NCBI RefSeq assembly: GCF_964355755.1
Contig: NC_092671.1
Location: 14,136,001 to 14,200,000 of the forward strand
Direction: 5' to 3'
Length of the DNA: 64,000 nucleotides
Source of the DNA: Antedon mediterranea
Taxonomy: Eukaryota; Animalia; Echinodermata
In this document: positions 1-14,807 of the stretch, one piece after another
How the letters are laid out: every line of letters begins with the position of its first letter
Position numbering within the stretch: the first letter of the stretch is position 1
Translations under genes and position numbers: made by a program
Notes under the pieces: generated by a model
What the model was told of the DNA's origin: nothing
Seen by the model: the letters and a program-made list of their open reading frames with translations, nothing else
Databases searched by the model: none

Positions 1-647
1 GAATAACAATCAAATGTTAAACATTTGATTTTTATTATTTTGTGGGGGAGAATTATACCGAGAGAATCCAGGATTCTGTGTTACAAGTACACCGCTACAT
101 CCCACCAATCCAGGCTAACGATGTTTTACATGTCCTTTTTTAGGCCTGTTGACTTGTTTCGGTAGAAATATAGCCTTAATAGGCCTAGCAGGCCGAAGGT
201 AGAACCAACGAACGGCGAAGCGAACTTTTCTCGCCGACATCATTATTCTGTTGTATGTGGTACGGTAGTAGGCCTAGATGTTATTTTACAAATAATAGCT
301 TAATCCTACATGTGAGAGTTTTAGGCAGTGATAGGATGTAAACAAACCAACTCTCATCGGCCTTCCATAACTTGAACTGCGCTGTGGGGGAATGATGACG
401 TGATTTTAAAAACCAATTACCTGAATAACCGACTTAAAGTCGTAGCAATTTTCAATTGCAACGCGATTACTTTTGTGGTTTGCGGTGACTGGAAAAAATC
501 AATTATTTTGATTTTTTCAGCAGAAACAGACCCAAAGAGATCTCGTTCGAAAAATATCATTGCTAATAAAAAGGATTTCAAGAATGTTTTTGACAAAACT
601 GATACTGCTAACCTCACAAGTGCTGTATAATATTTCTTAAACTAAAA

Positions 648-2253
648 CTAGACATGTAACTCGTCACTTTGACGAGTTTGGTTATCCGCCGCGCAAGTGG
701 TGCAACATTAACATTAAGGAGATAGGTTGAGGACAAAAGGAAGTGTTCACGTTGGCATTATGACCTGAACTGAAGAATATGATATGTTGTTATTGCTGAA
801 TTTTATTATTTAAATTCATATATAGTATACACAGTATAATCTGTATCCATATCACATACAGTGACATACAGTGTAGAATAGGTGAAATTACGGGACCCGC
901 TATTTATTGCAATTTTTAACATGTTGACGGTTTTAAAATGAAACGCGAAGGTAGAAATTCCGAAAGGAAAATATCTCAGCAACAACGTATTAGCGTGTAG
1001 AAGAAATTTGAATACGTGAAATATTGATGCGCGCTCTTTTAAATGTAATGAATTATGACGCAAAAGATGAAAATACGACCTTTTTTATTTAACTGGCCAT
1101 ATGATGACGTCACAACATCCGATGGGCAACATTTTTACATAATTTCGTATCTACAATCCAATAGCTTCCAGAAAAAGTTTTAATCGTGATTATCACATTT
1201 TATTCTTACGAGCTATAACAGATTAAAATTTACTGTAAAGATGAAATTGATGCCACACGTGATTTAAATTTTTAGGCATGATGACGTCAAAAAAATTAAA
1301 ATATTTTTAACTCATGCGAAAGATAATTGATTGACCTAGACAATATCAAAATGGGGGTGAAAATGGAAAACGAATAAGTGAAGATGCGCTCTATTCAATG
1401 TGATGAGCTATGACGAAAGATACAAAAATCCTAAATTTTATATTCGCGTGGCCATACGATGACGTCACAATGTCCGGTTAGCCATATTAATACCTGATCC
1501 GATACCTACAACTCATCTACTTCCAGAATATGTCATCCACAAAAAGTTGACCGTCTAGTTTAGAAATTACGACTGTTTAAAAAAAGGCATATTTTAAACA
1601 AATTTTTTAACCTTTTCGTAAAAAACGCGCGCAAATTGTCCAATTCGACGTGCTCGTATGACGTATCTTTTAGTCGAAATTGTTTAAAATTTGGTAAAAT
1701 TACTAGAAAAGGCTGGAAAAACATAAATCACGTGAAAAAAATACGTTTTCAATGCTACGTGCGCACCGCACACGTAAAAATGTGCGCACGCGTGGGAATT
1801 TTTGACATGCTTAAAACGACATGAAACGCGTAGAAAGTTGATTAGAAATTAATTTTGCGCATTTTGAAATTTTAAATGCGCATGCGCGCGTAACTTTGTG
1901 TAAAACACGCAATTTTTTTTCAACAGAAAGTTAGCGCATGATATAGATTAAACTTTTGCAAAGTTTCACTTTAAAATGTTATTTGGTTTTCGACATATGT
2001 TAAATATGAGAAAATCGTTAAATCACGCGTACGTCACGTTGCGCAATTGTAAACATCATGAAAAGCTTCGCTTGACGACGTTACATAAATGTCAAAATGT
2101 TAACATAGTTAACAAAATGTTATGTTTGCAAGTTTTAGAGAAAAGCGTTACACAAAAATCATACAGAAAGAAAGAAGATTAAGAAAAAGATGATGATGAT
2201 TTCGTACAATCACAAGAGGTTATCCTGCAACTTCGTTGCGGATAACCAATAAT
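648..2253 (-). mobile_element. Non-autonomous Helentron-associated (HINE/DINE-1-like) element
   Basis: Minus strand begins ATTATTGGTTATCCGCAACGAAGTTGCAGGATAACC (sub-terminal IR plus short inverted copy). It ends with CGGATAACCAA, hairpin CTCGTCA-AAG-TGACGAG and CTAG followed by TT. No transposase ORF. Confidence 0.7.
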
Positions 2254-3540
2254 TCCAGCAGCCTGGATGGAATGATTTATGACACATAAAAAAATACCAA
2301 TGAAGTTTACAGTGCATGTCAACAAAGTATCACAATTGTGTTGGAGGCACTACAAAATAATCGTGGCTTAAAAGGAAGGAATTGAATAATTATAAAAAAG
2401 AAGCTTTCTTTAACAAACTTAAAAAGACTATCAACAACTAATAGAATGGTTCCCTAAGGTAAAAGAGTTTATTTAAGTCTGACCGTAACTTCAACTTTAA
2501 TAAATAATAAGTTCATGTCCTAAGCCCCATGATAACGCAAATGCGTATACAATTTAAGCTCTTTTTAACAATTGTATCTCCTTAGGCATCCACTAAATTG
2601 GTGTGTTTTTTTCTAAATTAAATTTGGGGTCATTGAGTAATTTTCTACCACAACAAAGTCAGTGATAGAATATATTTTAGTTATTGAAAATATATATTTA
2701 TGATGCAATTATATAAACTACCTCACATTGTAATTTAACGCTTTTCAGAACGATAACCTCAAATGTAACGCAATAAGTTTAGTGCTGGCAGTAATAATAA
2801 TTTCAAGTTGATTTTTTCACAATAAATTAAATAAACAGTTTTCAGTTTCTGTAAGAATGTTTTATATTTTCAGTTCTATTTATTGTGTTGAGCATATTAC
2901 CATGGTAATCAAAAAAAGAAAACAACAGCATGGGCCCTACCACTATTTTATGCCAGATTGGTTAATAATGGTTTGTCCATTTATATTTTAAAATAAATGT
3001 ATATACATATATGTTTATCTGAGATGATTTTGTTCATCTCTTCTTAGCAACAAGATATCACATCTTCATAAATATGCAAATTCAATAAAAACATTGACGT
3101 TTTACATTTAAAATCTTTGTTACGGTACATTAAAATGTCAATTAAATAGAAATGATGTGTTTAAAGTGACAATAAATGGTGATTTCCCGTCTCAAGAGAT
3201 ACAGTATAATAACAAAAACAAGGATAAAACATTCATTAAACTGCATTTTACTTCAATTATAAAATTCGCATTTGCATTTTAGGATTTTCTTGAATGATCT
3301 TTAGTTTCACAACTACTGGTTTTTTTTAGATTAACTAATTTTTTTTTAGATATGGTGTTTTCTGCAATCAATTTTGGTGCACACTATGATTTTTAATAAT
3401 AGGCTCTATCTAGGTTTCTCTCTGAATCACTGTACTATACATGAGTTAAAGTCATCAGTGACATTTCAAATATTGTACAGTATAATATTATATTAATAAT
3501 AATTAATAATATAATATTGTAATGATTTAAATATACCTAC

Positions 3541-3666
3541 ATTGTATTAATGGATAGGTCACTTCTATGTCAGTGCTAGTATCAACCACAATATCTGTCC
3601 AGTCTATTGAAGGGGCATGGCAAAGCTCAGAATTTTCAAAAATCAACACGCCGCCTGTTGTAATTT
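3541..3666 (-). CDS. EGFR: EGFR/ErbB-family receptor, coding exon 3 (end of L1 domain); gene continues beyond the left edge
   Basis: tttttcag acceptor; (E)ITTGGVLIFENSELCHAPSIDWTDIV resembles EGFR [27 protein letters not shown]; phase-1 gtaggt donor; in frame with exon 2. Confidence 0.88.
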
Positions 3667-6349
3667 CTGAAAAATAAAAGCAATAAAATCGGTACATACA
3701 GTAAAATAGGCAGTATTCCACGTTTCAAATTGTAAATTAGTAAAAGTCGGTTTATAAATACTTTATTCTATAAATCACAGGTACCCAACAGATGAAGTGT
3801 TTAATTAACTGGTTACTTGAATGTTATTATCTATACCTGTATTATCAGTATCTAGATAAAGGTGTGGTGAACTCTTTTTAATTTTTTGAAGAAAATAATC
3901 TGGGGCCTTTAAATGATAATTTCTACTTTTGAGAGAATTTTTCATTTTTAAGAATTCAGTTTCTCCACTGTCATCAGGAATTGATGACAAATTAAGAGAC
4001 GGCTTTAAGGTCTATTGATGACTACGAGTGTATCATCATTGCTTGCTATTATTCACTTAAAATTCATAACCACAGCAACAGGATCAAGGGGACAATACAT
4101 TAATACAAAGACAGGAAAGCCTCTATGAAAGACACAAGGCCAAATATGTGTGTAAAACATGGTTAAATCATATTTCCATATCCAATAGAGATTAGGTTTC
4201 CTTGTGGGATTATCATCAAATACAGTGTATACAGTATACTGTATAACTATAAATCAAATACTGTTTGGGCTTAGTGTAGTATGGAATGTAGGCCTATGGT
4301 CATGTTTAGAAGGTACCATTCCTACTACAAACATATGTAATGTTTTAAATGTATCTTGGGGTGGGTCAAACTTATAAAATCTTTCCAACTTATATGACTC
4401 TCCTCCCACATGATTACTACTTAATACTATTTATTATCATGTATGTATATTGTGTAAATAAAATTAAATTGAAATATGTGAAAAAATTATTGTTGTACAC
4501 AGGTCATAAATTTAACATAAAGAATAAATTCAATGTTGAGAAATTGCACTGTATTGTAAAAGATATAAGTTCAAATTTTCAGAATTTCAATACACACACA
4601 CTAATTGAAAATAGAAATACAGTGTACGCTCAAAATAATGATAAAGTACAGAAAAAAATATAATCAAACACGGTAATGGGAATAATTTCAGTCAGTGTAG
4701 CATATAGCAAAAAGCTTAATGTATATTAACAACCATTTTGCTGTACACATTTATGAAATTGTGTAGCAAAAAATATATTACAAAACTATGTTTCTCGACT
4801 CAAAAAATCAGTTTGATAATAGCAATATTGCTAAACAAAATGTTAAATTTTTCCCTGCTGTATCTTAAAATGTTAGTATCAAATCAAAATGAGACTGCAT
4901 TTGATGCAGTTTTAAGCCATAAATCATATGACTATTACAGAGTAGAGTGTACAAACAACACAGTATTAAGAAAGATTAACAAAAACATAAAAAATGATTT
5001 TGTAAAAGATTGTACAGTAAATGCTTCTAGATTTAGTCATAAAAACAATTTACAAATCTGCATGTTAATAACACTTCTTACTACTGTACAGTATAGTGTA
5101 CAGTAGACACATCCCAGGTACACACCTACAGTACTACTGTACACAGGGTTAAAAAGCTATCTCTGCATCTGTAGTTTATCATCCCTATCTTCATATGCTT
5201 AGACTTAACCATACATCATAAGCTCAGTTATCTACATTTACATACATTTGATATTTATTTTATAAAGAATTATTTATGCAGTCTATTACTAATACAATAT
5301 TACTAGATTACAGATTGAGAAAAAAGTATTTATCCTGTCATAAACACTTTAAATAAAATGAAAATGGAGTGTGTGGAAAGGAAACAAGAAAATAAAGAAA
5401 GTAAATCATCCAGAAATTTAAAAAAGAAATGACATGTTTGTCGTGTTATCAAAGAAACTGCTTTTGTAAATTCTGAATCAGCCCACGATTAATCAGCTAA
5501 AACATACTGGTTTAATAAATCAAAAATAAATATTCTGCAACAGGGATTTTTTGCTAATTGATTATTAAACTAACATGCAGAAACACATGTACTGTGTGAA
5601 CATCCCTTTGATTTAATCTGTTGGTACCCTAGTGGTCAACAATATATCATAAAACTACCTAACAGTCAGGAAGTTTGTGGTTAATAGGAAAAATAATGGA
5701 AGTAATAGAGGCTAACAGTGGGTACTGATAATGATGACATCATAGCCAAAAACCTACTTTCACCAATGAGTAAAACAGTTTACTGTATTTAACATGAAAA
5801 ATGATGACTTGAACATTTTATACAAAAAAATTAATTGAACCTTACTACTTTATTATTATCTCAATGACAATATTGTAATCAACCAACAGGAACATTGTTT
5901 TATTGATATTGGCATGTTTGGTAAACAATATTTACAGTTAATATAATTCTGTCATGTTCAGAGAATTAGAATAATCCAAGCAAAGAATAAAAAAAACAAA
6001 AGGTATTGATTATACAGTAACTACTGTAGCTCTGAAATACAGTAAAACTACTGGTGTTCTTGACCCTCATATTTATACTAAGTACTAAAGATCAATTCAA
6101 CCTGGTTAGGTGTAAAATAGCTTACTATTGTACACAAGCTCTATTGTTGTGTTTATATACTGCAGTACAGTAGGTCAAATATTGTATTTCTTTTGACTGT
6201 ATTCACATGGACGTTTATCTTAATGTACAGTGTTTATAACTACTAATCCAAGAAATGTATGACTTTAAAAAAAATAAAACTAGTAATTAGAAGATTTTTA
6301 TTTTTTCTATATCCTCAGCTTTCACTGTTGATGTATTTTCTTTACTTAC

Positions 6350-6727
6350 CTTTTAATGAAACCAATCGCAATTCCAATAAACCAACAGTTCGTTCCGCAA
6401 TCGCAGCGTCGCTACTCGTTTGATTGTAATTATATGAAACGTACAAAGCAGTACTTTCTTTAAAAAGTTCTTCTCCTCGTATTACAGTCAATTTTGGCAG
6501 AGGAATATAAGGTATATAAGATTGGGTCACAAGTACGTATCCAGACACGTCTTCAATATCATTCATAAACGAGAAATCTATAGATGTATCCTGTTGGTAC
6601 GTTATTTCCACATTTCCAATCACGTGTGTACAGCCTGTGAATGTATTTCGCATAATTATTGATCTGTTAGCAGCTACAGTGCTATCGACATAACCCGCCT
6701 TCCAATTTGTTCCTTTGCAGTATATAG
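6350..6727 (-). CDS. EGFR: EGFR/ErbB-family receptor, coding exon 2 (Receptor L domain 1)
   Basis: IYCKGTNWK...MRNTFTGCTHVIGNVEITY...DFSFMNDIEDVSGYVLV...IPLPKLTVIRGEELF...GLLELRLVSLK is the EGFR/ErbB L1 signature; ttttctag acceptor and gtaag donor, both phase 1. Confidence 0.92.
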
Positions 6728-7208
6728 CTAGAAAAGAAAAAGAATGATTTGACTACAATGTACTATAAATGTATTTTACATATTTTAGTACATCATTATT
6801 AATAGTCATTAACTTTATATTGTACAGTATCTTTTTTCTTCTGTTGTGCATAATAAAATATTCAAATAATTTTTCTTTTATTTGTATTAAGGCAGAACAG
6901 GTACTATGCTGTAGGCGACTAGCCAGAGGTTCTAGTAGACTGTGTGTTTTGACTTTAATACTTAAAAAGTAAAAAGATAAATATTTTGCCACAAGCCGAC
7001 TGACAGTGATGGACTAAAATAAAAAAAAACTACAGACTTGGAGCAAGTCTACGTAGGCAACATGTGAGTGTTAAGACAGGTAATGAGATAATAATAAGAT
7101 TAACCATGTCTTAGGGCCTGTTTCTATTGAGCAGAAAATACGGTTTTGAATACCGTTCTTTTCAAGAACAGTTTTTTCTTGCCAGCAGAAATGCGGAACC
7201 GATTTTAA

Positions 7209-10200
7209 AGTGGAGCTCCACCCAGAAAATTACTATTTTTCATACATTTCAACTATTATTTAAAAATATCATCCCTCATACTTCATATTTTTTTGAAATT
7301 TTTTTCAATGAGTACGATTTTCTTGAAAATCACGCCTTTTTGAGTTTTGGGGGGAGACCTTGTAATTTCCTATTCTTTTACATGCAAAAGGGGGGTATAT
7401 TTGAATAATCCTAAAAAATAAATTTCTTCACTAAAAAAAATATTTAAAAGTTTTTTTATGTAATTTTTCCAGATCTTTCTATTTCTGGTATTTTTATCGC
7501 GATACATTGCGCAATTTTGCGTAAATAGACACTTTCCCCCGTTCGGGTCCAATTGGGTTTTTTATTTTGCTAGGGAGTCTGATCACGTGACAATTTTCAC
7601 AATCACACTACTGCAGCTGGCGATCTGTTATTTTGTCGCGATGTTATTTTTGACGGGCGAAAAGTATATTGAAACATTCTGAATGTGACCCTATCATGTT
7701 TCCCAGTGTAATAATGTGATTATGAGACTATTACTAAAATGTCAAATTTAACGAGATTTGAGAAAGACGTGGCTATATATTCAATAAAGCTAGGCCTAGG
7801 CCTACTAGAGCGTAGGTATGTACCGATGCTGCTTGGCCTCTAGCTAGGCTGACAGCAGTGAAGTTTGTTCTGTTGACACCCAACTTCGGCCTACCCATGG
7901 GCCATGATAGGGTGCCTGAAAAGTTGCTTTTCAGTCAGGCCTAAGCTTCCACATCGGTCATCGCTTTACTACTCTTGTTCTGTATAGGATTTTGTGTTTC
8001 ACAATTCTTGTGAATGTGCGAGAAAACCCAGGAACGATAAATGGGGCGAAACGACCAAGCATTTTCAAACCCATGAATGCCATAGGCTTAGACAAAAATT
8101 CAAGGCTAGCTAGGCTGAGCAGAGACGGCTTAGCTAGGAATAGCTTAAAGACCCCTTCCCTGCAATTTTGGACGTTTTTTGGAAAATAATACATATATAT
8201 CACTTTAAAAACATTAAACCATGTCATTCCTTGTCTTAAAATTAAATGTACGTTTTATGGTAAATTATGATAAAAAGTGAGAAACAATGCACTACCTAAG
8301 TAGCTCGCGGCGATCGACCTCTCGTGGACGGTCTTTCTTAGGCCTACTGTAGCCTAGCTAGGCTTAGTTTTGTAGGCCTAGCTGGTAAACATCGATAACG
8401 TACGAACATCGTACGCTAGCTATATACCTAGCCTGACGTTGTATAGTTGCTGCATTAATTGTCTTTCTATTTTTGCCAGACTCCGTTGATACAAATTGGG
8501 GAAAACCCGGTATTTTCGCTGAAAAGTTAGGAGTCTTCCATTTGTTTTGGCTTCACGATCGATCGAAAAGTGGGCGAATTACAGGTGAAAAACAAAAATA
8601 TCAATCCGCGCGCAATGCATTTTGGGATTTATAGCGGGCCGCTATAATTATTAGAATCGATTTATTTTTCACATTTTTAACCGTTTAAAGACAAAAAAAG
8701 TTATCGCAATAGGACCATATAGTATTATTTATACATTAAATATAGTTTGTGATCTTAAATTGGATCTAAAAAACGTAGGGAAGTTAAAGTTAGCTGTTGT
8801 ACATTGCAAATCATGAGGTTATACATGTAAATTAGGCCAAATAAAAAAACATACTTGTTAAGCGTCACCGCCCGCTCCTGATTATCCAGCCGCCTCTCTT
8901 TTTATTTTTATTTTTTTTTTACCCATATACAACGGAAAGTTTAGCGGCCCGGCCCAGCTCCAGAGCAGGGCTCAAAATTCACGCTAGTAAACTAGCATTT
9001 TGCTTGTAGATTCTTTATAATTGCTAGTTGAAAATTTCAAAACTAGCAAATGTTTGCTAGGCTGGTGTAATTTTTGAAAAATACGTACTTCTTAGCTTAG
9101 CCACGCTAGCTAGCCACCGATCGCTCTATGTGTCGACAACGGCAATTTGGTGAAAACAATTGTTTCATTTACACGCCGCCGATTTACGTCAAGGAAACGC
9201 GAATAGCACCGCGAATCATGTGTGGTAAACAGCAAGCTTTTTCCCCCAACACATTAAATCACGTGCATTTAGTACGTCGCTGAGGATTACATCATCGGTC
9301 ACGTGATTACAGAATACACGATTATCAATTTAGGGATTACTGAAATAAATATTTTGCCTACACAGTGGTCGAAACGCGTTTTTTATAGGTTCGTAAATAG
9401 GAAACACCCCATACATAATGGACTCTACCAATTTTGTTTACGATGATCTCGCGCTCGAGATCGGCACACCACGAGGGTCCTGTTGGGCGATGGGCCCGGC
9501 GATGCGTTTTCTTATGCCTGGTTTACCTGTGGAATAATTACACACACTTTTCGCATCACAACTTTAAATACTGATTTACACAGCAATTGGCAACGGATTC
9601 ATCAAAGAAGAATGAATACGTTGAATAAAAATTCACTTAAGAAATGCCGTAAGCTGTTTTCAAAATCAGCCCACTATAATTTAGTATTATTGAGACCAAC
9701 ATCATGCTTCTCGCGATAGGGAATTTTCTGGATAGATGAGTCGAGCGAGAGACGGCGGACCATGGCCGCCGATGAGTGAGGCGGGGGTGGCAGCTTGGAC
9801 GGATTAGCCTAGGGCCTACAATTTCGCTCGGTGGCAATTAAATTTAATGTTTTAATTACGTCTGGATATAAACAATACAAAACTCAATTTTGTCATCGGC
9901 AATAATATTTCATACATAGTCAATTTTGTTCTGTTTCGCATTTTAAAAGTTTGACGTTTCGTCCTAAAAAAAAGTGGGCCAAAACGTCCATCGCGCAAAA
10001 TTATACCTCCATAAAAAGTAAAAAAAAAAAAAAAAAAAAACCGCCCCCCCGCCCCTGAAAATTTATGAGGGTGTGACGCTTAACAAGTATTTTTTTTTAT
10101 TTGGCCTTATACTGACATTTTTATCGGAAATATTACTTAGGCCTAAACAAATCGTATTAATTGTGTGTATAAAATTTATTCCTCATTTTTCGACACATAA

Positions 10201-10463
10201 TTTACCAAAGGGGAGACAGTTCACCGGCGACTAAAACGCGTCAGTCGCTAAGTGTAACGCGTTTCGCGACGTATTGTAAACTAATAACCCCTAAGTTACT
10301 GAAAAAGTGTAATGTATTAAAAAACACTATTTTCTAACCGATTTTTTAGAAATGGGTTTTTGAAAAATATTTCCGTGTTTTCTCTGTTTTTTTTATGTAA
10401 TCACTTTCAATTAAACATACTTAAACATAATATAAGCTGAGAAAGTCTGAGTGTAGCTCCACT
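7209..10463. mobile_element. Kolobok-like (TTAA-flanked, AG...CT) non-autonomous element nested in the previous one
   Basis: TIR AGTGGAGCTCCACCCAG / CTGAGTGTAGCTCCACT (15/17 match); TTAA at 7205-7208 and 10464-10467. Confidence 0.72.
8835..10106. mobile_element. TTA-flanked TIR element (PIF/Harbinger-like), third nesting level
   Basis: TIR GGCCAAATAAAAAAACATACTTGTTAAGCGTCAC / GTGACGCTTAACAAGTATTTTTTTTTATTTGGCC; TTA at 8832-8834 and 10107-10109. Confidence 0.78.
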
Positions 10464-11470
10464 TTAAAACCGGTTTCTGTGGAGAAATTTTTAGCTGCAA
10501 CACAATTGCGGTTTCAACTTGACCCCAAAAACTGAACTCTGCTGCACTGGGACGTTTGTGGTCAACTCGCAGTCAAACCCAATCGATAGGACCTAGGCCT
10601 AGTCATTTTTATTTCTCTAGATAGTGAGTATTTTTTTTAACTAAAAGATGTAGACCGATATGCCTTTACGAAGTTCGTAATAATAATATGTGAGGAGAAG
10701 AAGATGAGGGGACTTGCCGGGGAGTCGGAAGACTTGCGTATGTTTTTAAGAATTGTAAAGCGTGTGAAAGCTAGACAAGTTCAACTTGACAATATCGGAG
10801 GGTGCGACGTACCTATACTTTAACCAAGGACCATAATAACGTTTCAGGTAACAATGACAGGATTACCTGCCCCTTCTATAACAAAATAGATGCAATTCGT
10901 GGGGATCAGATGTGAAAAAAAGTATACATGACCTCGATCGAATCGCGCTTCCGCCTAACGAACTGCATTGTGGTGTGTATAATGACGTCATTCATAACGA
11001 ACACACATGGACTGAAATGAAAATTGGAGTAAAAATTTAGCTGCAAAGTGATCTTGATTTATAAACAACTGCCGAAACCGGTTTCCAATAAACCGTTCTC
11101 TTTTTTTTTTTTCAATAGAAACAGGCCCTTAAGATTTGTTATACTTCAAATTAATAAGTGATGATCATATTTCACAGTCCATAACATTATATTATTATGT
11201 CAAAACCAATGCCGCTATAGTGTACTATACTGTATTAAAAATGTTAATCAGCTGAACAGGCAATTAAAAATGCTATTTAGAATTTTCATTATGAGGCCTA
11301 AATTGCAGGTACTATACACCATACTGTACTACTGACATACAATTATTATTCCAGAAGTTACTGTATTTGATTTTTAAAATTTACTGTATAATGACTGTAT
11401 TAACTAGAAAGCCACTCCGAGAGTGCATAACTCCGCCTTTTAACTAATAACAATAGTATCAGTTGACTAA

Positions 11471-12355
11471 GGCCCTGTTTCTGCTGCCAATCCCAAATAT
11501 ACCGTATAAATATACCGTATAAATATACCGTATAAATATACCGTATATGAAATTCGTGCACCGTTTCCGCTGCACATACTTCGTGGGTGGGCTGTAAAAA
11601 AAGTTGGCTTTCATATACCCAAAATGCATTTTGTGAGACGGAAGTATGGATTGACCTAGAGTCTCGTGTAGTGAGGTTACATGACAAAAACAAAACAATG
11701 ATGGTTTCTCAAAACGTCTTAGCATTGCTTTCTATTTTAAATCTAATGATCAGAAGTGGCAACGAATTTACATCGCACAAACAATCTAGAAATGTAGAAT
11801 GGGCATTGACTACATTTATGCAAAGAAGACGACGGCGTTTGCCTTTAACTTTGGCGTTATTAAGTCTACCACAAATTCTGCTTTTATTTTGTTTGAGATA
11901 CTTTTGTAAATCTCGGTATCTCTTCTGACCATGTAGTCTCCCCCCAACTTTCGCTTCTCCCCACAATTGAATTGCAAAAATAGTTATTTCTTCAGTCCAC
12001 AGTGATATTTTGATCTGTTGCTTGCTTATTATACACGTGTGTGTCAATGCAGCAGAAAAACAAACGCGTCACGCTCTGTTAGTTTTTGACCTCATGTCAT
12101 GGGCCGGGTCACATATACGGTATATTTTGAGTGCAGCAGAAACGGGGTACGAAATATACGGTATATTTTGGAATATACCGTATAATATCCACAAACGATG
12201 GGGATATTTATGCGGTATATATACCGCATATATATACGGTATATTTTTTATGAGACCCATTTCTGCTGCCAAAAAATATACCGTATATAAAATATACCGT
12301 GTATATAAAATATACCGTATATATACGGTATATTTTTGGCAGCAGAAACGGGGCC
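11471..12355 (-). mobile_element. Harbinger deletion derivative with a decayed Myb/SANT-like ORF
   Basis: TIR GGCCCTGTTTCTGCTGCCAA / TTGGCAGCAGAAACGGGGCC; TAA TSD; sub-terminal ATATACCGTATA repeats; minus-strand remnant WTEEITIFAIQLWGEAKVGGRLHGQKR resembles the Harbinger Myb/SANT protein. Confidence 0.8.
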
Positions 12356-12604
12356 TAACAATAAAACAGAAACGCTAAAAACAAACGGGTGAATTTGAAA
12401 AAAAATATGTTTTTAAAAACTACTCGTATTAAAAAACCTGTACATTAAATCAAATTATGTTTACAAATCACAAATTATAACTCTTGCCTCTTGTACAAAA
12501 ATGAAGTTTTTTGGACAAGTAGTTGTCGAGAAAATGCAATTTCCGTTTACTTGTTACTTTAAAACTGCTCGCCGGCTTTTGAAAAATTCTGTCTTATCTT
12601 TTAA

Positions 12605-12803
12605 CACTAGCAGGTCTGAAAAGTATACTAAAAAGTGGTCTGGAATTGGGACAGTGGTCCCAAAATGTAATGGAATGGTCCTTGACCACATCTCTATCTG
12701 AAGGCCTAAATTCATTTTGGTAAAGATCTTTACTTTTTGAGTAATCCTGCTAACAAACAGACAAACACGATCGATTACATATACCTCCTTGGCGGGGGTA
12801 AAT
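12605..12803 (-). mobile_element. Fragment of a HINE-like interspersed repeat
   Basis: Minus strand starts TTATTTACCCCGCCAAGGAGGTAT (short hairpin) followed by TGTTTGTCTGTTTGTTAGCAGGATTACTCAAAAAG; the other end was not found. Confidence 0.45.
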
Positions 12804-14807
12804 AAACTGTATTGAGTGCAATAATTTAAAATAAAAAAATAATACTTAACACTATTGGTGCTACTGTACACATCATAATGTTCTTCCTGATCTTGTCTAC
12901 TACATGGGTCATTGACATGTCTTTAAATTAGAACGGTAAATAATATTGATTCTTTGTAATAAAAATACTATATCACAATAGCTAGCAGGAAACAATTGAA
13001 TCCTTCCGGTGAGGAATACCTTATTACAGTTAGTAGTTACCTCCGACAAGTGCTTTCTACTCCTACAGTATAGTATAGTTTCTATACGTGGTTCATGATC
13101 CGGGATATAATGGGAAATGTGGGACTCTCTCTAATACATTTATTGTGCAATTGAGCTACTGTACTGTATGTACCATTACTTTCTAATTCTGTACTGTACA
13201 GAAGGTAGAAGTAGCCCATTTCCATTAAAATTAAGTTTTGTTTAACTATTACAGTCTGTATCATCAGCCAATCAATAAGTATGTAGTTAATCAGCCTATG
13301 GCTAAAGCCTTGTTCACACAACATTAAACAAGGTTAACTTTACCAAGGCCATTCCTGTTTGACTATTTATCTGCCTTGAATAACTTGGCGCAGTTTTACT
13401 GTAGTTTTCCCATGGCTTATGATTGAATTGTATGTTTTTGTTTCATTTATCGTCATATATTGAAGAAATTCGGAGTAGACCCTATTTGCGGACTCACAGT
13501 CAGCTACAATGCAGCACCTATCTTGAACAAACAACAGGGGCTGGGATGGAACAATACCAGGGTATTGCAACTCCCTACTGGGCAGGCGAGGCAGTGGTCA
13601 GTAATATTGGACATTGGTCTTGGTAAATTTAAACCTTGAAGTTTAGACTTTCCAGTTCAATCTAGCTGGCCGCTGTTTTTTTGCATGATAATTTAATTAC
13701 AGTAAACTGTACAGAGATTCCAATCAATCTATTTGTAATAATTTTTTAATTGTTTGGGTCTCACTAAAATAAAATTTAGGATAGGGAGTTGGGATGTTTG
13801 GAAACATTGTTAATGTTAGTGTTTTTAAGGGCAGTATTCATGGGTGGTACCAGTTATTGTAAGGTAACTTAAGGGCCTAAACATTTTAAAATAACTTAAA
13901 CAGGTAATGTCCTTTTCTCTTGCATTGTAATTTTAGAAATGTTGCTGTTCGCCCAAGAAACTTCTAGTAAAATATTTGTATGTATGGTGGGCTGTACAAT
14001 GTTATACTGATGCTGTTCAGGTTTCTTCATCCAGTCTTACGTCACACATAAAGGCCTAATTAACTAGATAGCAGGCACTTTACATAATCATAATTAATCA
14101 TCACGTTATCAATAAGTACAGTATGGATGTTTTTCATAACCTATGACCCATGAATTCATTACAATAATCAGTTGACTAAATCATGGAGGAACAGTTTGCC
14201 CATGGGTGAGTCTGTCAATATTACTCAAACAGCTTGAAGACTACATTGTGTAACTGTATAAACACAGACTCAGCAAAATAACCTTTTAAGTCTATACTAT
14301 TTATAAAATAGGTACAGCAGGTCTAAACCATGACCATGTACCATGACCACTATTTTGTTATGTTTGTGAGTTCTAATTCAAGAACCACTTGTCCTAACCA
14401 TGGAGGAAAAAATAAACCCTCCTGCATAATAATTTTTCAGCAGGAACATTTTTATACAAAGGTTGGGCAGAATTAGAACTATAGTACTGTATGGTCTTTG
14501 TATACAATTTGTTATACAGAATTTAAATATACAGTACTGAATTTCACTTTCAATATACTGATACTATAGTTGATTCTGTACTTCAAAGAAAGTGAAAACA
14601 TTATAGAAGCTACTGTATTACTTTTTGTTTGTAGTTTTGCTTTAAAGTTTGTAGTTAATTACAGAAGGCTTATAGAAGCTTACTGTATAAATTAATAAGC
14701 TTCTAAAAGTAGTATTCTAATAAAATGTAATATTAATATTAAATTTAGATATTACAATACTACTTTTAAGAAACTTTTATTAAAACACCACATTTTTCAA
14801 TACAAAG

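Larger units (their letters stand above)
7114..11128. mobile_element. PIF/Harbinger-like non-autonomous element (outer element of a nest)
   Basis: TIR GGGCCTGTTTCTATTGA / TCAATAGAAACAGGCCC; TTA target-site duplication at 7111-7113 and 11129-11131. Confidence 0.8.

Noticed and set aside
13367-13626. Short overlapping ORFs in a GC-richer patch
   Set aside because: No recognisable motif or consistent splice pair.
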